NCBI GenBank assembly: GCA_963779755.1
Contig: CAVZZO010000003.1
Span: 1,504,001-1,568,000 of the forward strand
Reading direction: 5' to 3'
Length of the DNA: 64,000 nucleotides
Source: an uncultured Gemmatimonadales bacterium
GTDB lineage: Bacteria > Gemmatimonadota > Gemmatimonadetes > Gemmatimonadales > GWC2-71-9
Shown: one piece after another, positions 61,368 to 64,000 of the stretch
Layout: each line of letters begins with the position of its first letter
Numbering within the stretch: position 1 is the stretch's first letter
Notes under the pieces: generated by a model
Told to the model about the DNA's origin: nothing
Seen by the model: the letters and a program-made list of their open reading frames with translations, nothing else
Database searches by the model: none
Made by a program: the position numbers and the translations under genes

Positions 61368-63259
61368 TCCACTGCCGGATCCTGGGGCCGGCACTGGTCA
61401 CGGTAGACGGCCACCCGGCTCCGCCCGAGCTGTTGTGGCGCAAGAACCTGGCGCTCCTCATCTACCTGGCCCGGGCGCCCCGTCGCAGCCACACCCGTGA
61501 GCACCTGACCGGACTGCTCTGGCACGACAAACCGGAAGCGGCGGCGCGACACTCGCTCAACGAGGCGGTCCGGGTGCTCCGGCGCATCGGCGGCACCGAT
61601 ACGGTGCTGAGCGACGGGGGACAGGTAAGCCTGGCGGCCGATGCGGTCCGGCTGGATACGGAAGAGCTGGCGGAGCAGCTCGCCGGCGGCAACCTCGCCG
61701 CCGCGGCGCTCGTGGCCGGCAGCTTCCTGGAAGGCTTCTCCATTCCCGGCGCCACGGCGTTCGAGGACTGGCTGGCCGCCGAGCGGGAGCAGTGGCGCCG
61801 CACCGGCGTGCAGGCGCTCGCCGGCCTGGCGGAACAGCAACTGGCGGGCGGACACCCGCATGCGGCGGTCGAGTCCGCCGAGCGCGCGCTGCGGCTGGAC
61901 CCGGCCTCGGGAGTCGCCCTGCGAGCGCTGCTCCGCGCGCTGGCCCTGGCGGGCGATCCGGGCGCGGCGCTGGCCCGCTACACCGCCTACACTGCCTATC
62001 TGGACCAGGAGTTCGGCGGGGATCCCGATGGCGAGACCCAGGCGCTGGCGCGGAGGCTGCGCCGTCCGGTGCGGTGGGGAGCGGCGGCACCGGCCTGGAC
62101 CGCCGGGCCGGCCCGGCGGCCGCCGCTGTCCGGCCGGGAGGCTGAGCTCGGCCGCCTGCTGCACCTGTGGAATGAAGCACGTGCCGGCCCCGCCCGCCTG
62201 GCGCTGGTCAGCGCGGATTCGGGCATGGGCAAGAGCCGCCTGGTGGAGGAACTGCTGCTGCGGACCCGGCTCGAGAGCGGTGCCGTGCTGCAGACCCGCG
62301 CGGTGCCCAGCGATGAATCGGAACCCTGCGGGCGGCTTCTGGACCTGGCGCGCGGCGAACTGCTGGACCTGCCGGGGATTGCCGCGGCTCCCCCCGCCGC
62401 CATTTGTGCCCTGGCCGAACGCATACCGGAATGGCAGGAACGCTTCCCCGGCGCGGCGGCGGCCGGGGCGCTTCCGCCCGTAACCCACGCGGTTGCCGAT
62501 GTGCTGCGTGCCGCGCTGGAGGAGAGTCCCGCCGTGCTGGCCATCGACGATGCCCAGTGGGCGGACGGGCCAACGCTGGAGGCGGTGGGTGCGCTGCTGC
62601 GCGATCTGCGCGCGCATCCGCTCCTGGTGGTCCTGAGCTTCGCACCCCGTCCCGCGCGCCCCGAGCTGGATGGCCTGCAGAGCCGCCTGGGGCGCGAGAC
62701 CCCGGGCGACACGGTCCATCCCGGACCCCTGCAGGAGGACGCGTTGCGGGAACTGGCCCGGTGGTGGCTGCCCTCCTACGATGAGGAGGCGCTCCATCGC
62801 ATCACCCGGCGGGTCGCGGCGGATTCCGCCGGCACGCCCCTGCTGGCGGCCGAACTGTTCCGGGCCGTGGCCTCGGGCCTGGACCTCGACCGCGAGTCGC
62901 CCGCATGGCCCGCCCCCTTCCGCACCATGGACCAGACCCGTCCCGGCGACCTGCCGGCGGCCATCGTCGCCGCGATCCGCATCGCCTTTCGCCGGCTCTC
63001 GGCCGCGGCGCAACACGTGCTCACGGCCGCCGCGGTGCTGGACGACCGGGTGACCGAGGCGCAACTGGCCGCCGCGACGGGGCTGGGCTCTCCCACGCTG
63101 CGGCAGGCCCTGGACGAGCTGGAATGGAGCCGGTGGCTGGCGGCCGACCCGCGAGGCTACACCTTCGTCGCCAGGCTGGTGCGGGAAGTAGTGGGGGACG
63201 ATATGGTGACGCGGGGAGAGCGGGAGAGGATACGGACAGCGGTGAGCGGTGAGCGGTGA
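61364..63259 (+). CDS. SARP/BTAD activator fused to an AAA ATPase
   Basis: GTGA overlap; ILGP..V, LLIYLA, REHLTGLLW, FLEGF..FEDWL, GREAEL, GMGKSRL, IDDAQWAD. Confidence 0.88.
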   Translation: MIHCRILGPALVTVDGHPAPPELLWRKNLALLIYLARAPRRSHTREHLTGLLWHDKPEAAARHSLNEAVRVLRRIGGTDTVLSDGGQVSLAADAVRLDTEELAEQLAGGNLAAAALVAGSFLEGFSIPGATAFEDWLAAEREQWRRTGVQALAGLAEQQLAGGHPHAAVESAERALRLDPASGVALRALLRALALAGDPGAALARYTAYTAYLDQEFGGDPDGETQALARRLRRPVRWGAAAPAWTAGPARRPPLSGREAELGRLLHLWNEARAGPARLALVSADSGMGKSRLVEELLLRTRLESGAVLQTRAVPSDESEPCGRLLDLARGELLDLPGIAAAPPAAICALAERIPEWQERFPGAAAAGALPPVTHAVADVLRAALEESPAVLAIDDAQWADGPTLEAVGALLRDLRAHPLLVVLSFAPRPARPELDGLQSRLGRETPGDTVHPGPLQEDALRELARWWLPSYDEEALHRITRRVAADSAGTPLLAAELFRAVASGLDLDRESPAWPAPFRTMDQTRPGDLPAAIVAAIRIAFRRLSAAAQHVLTAAAVLDDRVTEAQLAAATGLGSPTLRQALDELEWSRWLAADPRGYTFVARLVREVVGDDMVTRGERERIRTAVSGER

Positions 63260-63320
63260 GCGGTCCGGGCCGGCAACCGGTAGCGCGTGCCCGCTCACCG
63301 CTCACCGCTCACCGCTCACC
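63237..63320. repeat. Inverted heptamer array (AGCGGTG / CACCGCT)
   Basis: agcggtgagcggtgagcggtgagcgg...ccgctcaccgctcaccgctcaccgctcacc; related tract at 10688-10717. Confidence 0.85.
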
Positions 63321-64000
63321 TCAGAACACCTTCAGCTGCACCGTCACCTTCCCGGGACTCCGCGCGATGGTATCGGTGAGCGCGCGGACCGACTGCAGGG
63401 TGCTGCGCAGGTCGTTGTAGAGCCCGCTGTCGCTGGCGAGCTTGCCCAGCGAGCCCTGGCCGTGGTTGATGGCCGAGAGCAGGGTGTCGAGCGACGCGCC
63501 GGTGTGGGTCAGCTGCCCGGTCAGGGAACCGAGCTTGGCGGTGACCGAGTCGAGGTTGGAGAGGCCGTTGGCGAAACCCGGCAGGGCGATGAGCGAATCC
63601 AGCCGCTCGCTCAGCTGCCGGAGCGCGGCCATGGTGCGGATCGCTTCCTCGTTGGATTCCGGCAGCCGGTTGGCCAGCAGGTCCATCATCCGCCGCATGG
63701 CACTGAGGGTCCCCTGCAGATCTTTGGCGGTCTGCTGGCTGAGCAGCCGCTGGGCCGCCATCAGGACGCTGTCGGCCCGGGCGCCCAGGGTGGTGGCGAG
63801 ATCGCCGAGGCCCGGGTCCATGGTACCCTGAATCACGCCGTCGCGCGGGAGCGGTTTGGCCGCCTGGCCCGGCTTGAACGAAACGGCGGCATCGCCCAGC
63901 GCGGTGATGGAAATGATCTTCGCCGAGGCGTCGATCTTCGGCTGGATATCCTGGGACAGGCTGATCGAGACCATGACGCTGTCGTGCGGCGTCAGCTCGA
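63321..64000 (-). CDS. MlaD/MCE-family protein, 5' part outside the window
   Basis: A.IISITALGD..V...PG, long helical region, GQGSLGKL..DSGLY. Confidence 0.85.
   Translation of the reverse strand, partial: ELTPHDSVMVSISLSQDIQPKIDASAKIISITALGDAAVSFKPGQAAKPLPRDGVIQGTMDPGLGDLATTLGARADSVLMAAQRLLSQQTAKDLQGTLSAMRRMMDLLANRLPESNEEAIRTMAALRQLSERLDSLIALPGFANGLSNLDSVTAKLGSLTGQLTHTGASLDTLLSAINHGQGSLGKLASDSGLYNDLRSTLQSVRALTDTIARSPGKVTVQLKVF

Noticed and set aside
58716..63298. Long minus-strand ORFs (892 and 874 aa) and similar shadow ORFs elsewhere
   Set aside because: They are antisense to well-supported genes in high-GC DNA and have no recognisable motifs.

Overview
GC-rich bacterial DNA; the kinase, SARP and signal-peptide style suggests Gemmatimonadota (inference). 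Bases 1 to about 50.2 kb are an accessory polymorphic-toxin region ending at tRNA-Gln and tRNA-Ala. Bases 50.2-64 kb hold ordinary core genes (BlaI, LuxR, NDH-2, class II photolyase, RNase Z, HD hydrolase, Ser/Thr kinase, SARP-ATPase, MlaD). The main candidate system is a compact type II secretion operon (gspE-G-F-H-I-J-K-L-M-C-D) interleaved with three full-length RHS toxins. These toxins carry Sec-type signal peptides and a shared Cys-containing N-terminal domain, with no PAAR or VgrG. Each toxin gene, and the T2SS operon itself, has a sigma54 GG-N10-GC promoter about 70 bp downstream of a repeat array. There are three sensor-less enhancer-binding proteins, and the stop codon of each lies inside one of these arrays. 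The arrays differ in step with the HTH sequences, suggesting a regulatory relay and a swappable HTH-enhancer-toxin cassette. The region also has orphan RHS-CT/immunity modules, GxxExxY nuclease elements at several rearrangement junctions, palindromic repeats inserted in-frame in T2SS leader peptides, nested IS elements and TA pairs. All calls come from reading motifs by eye; no database searches were run.
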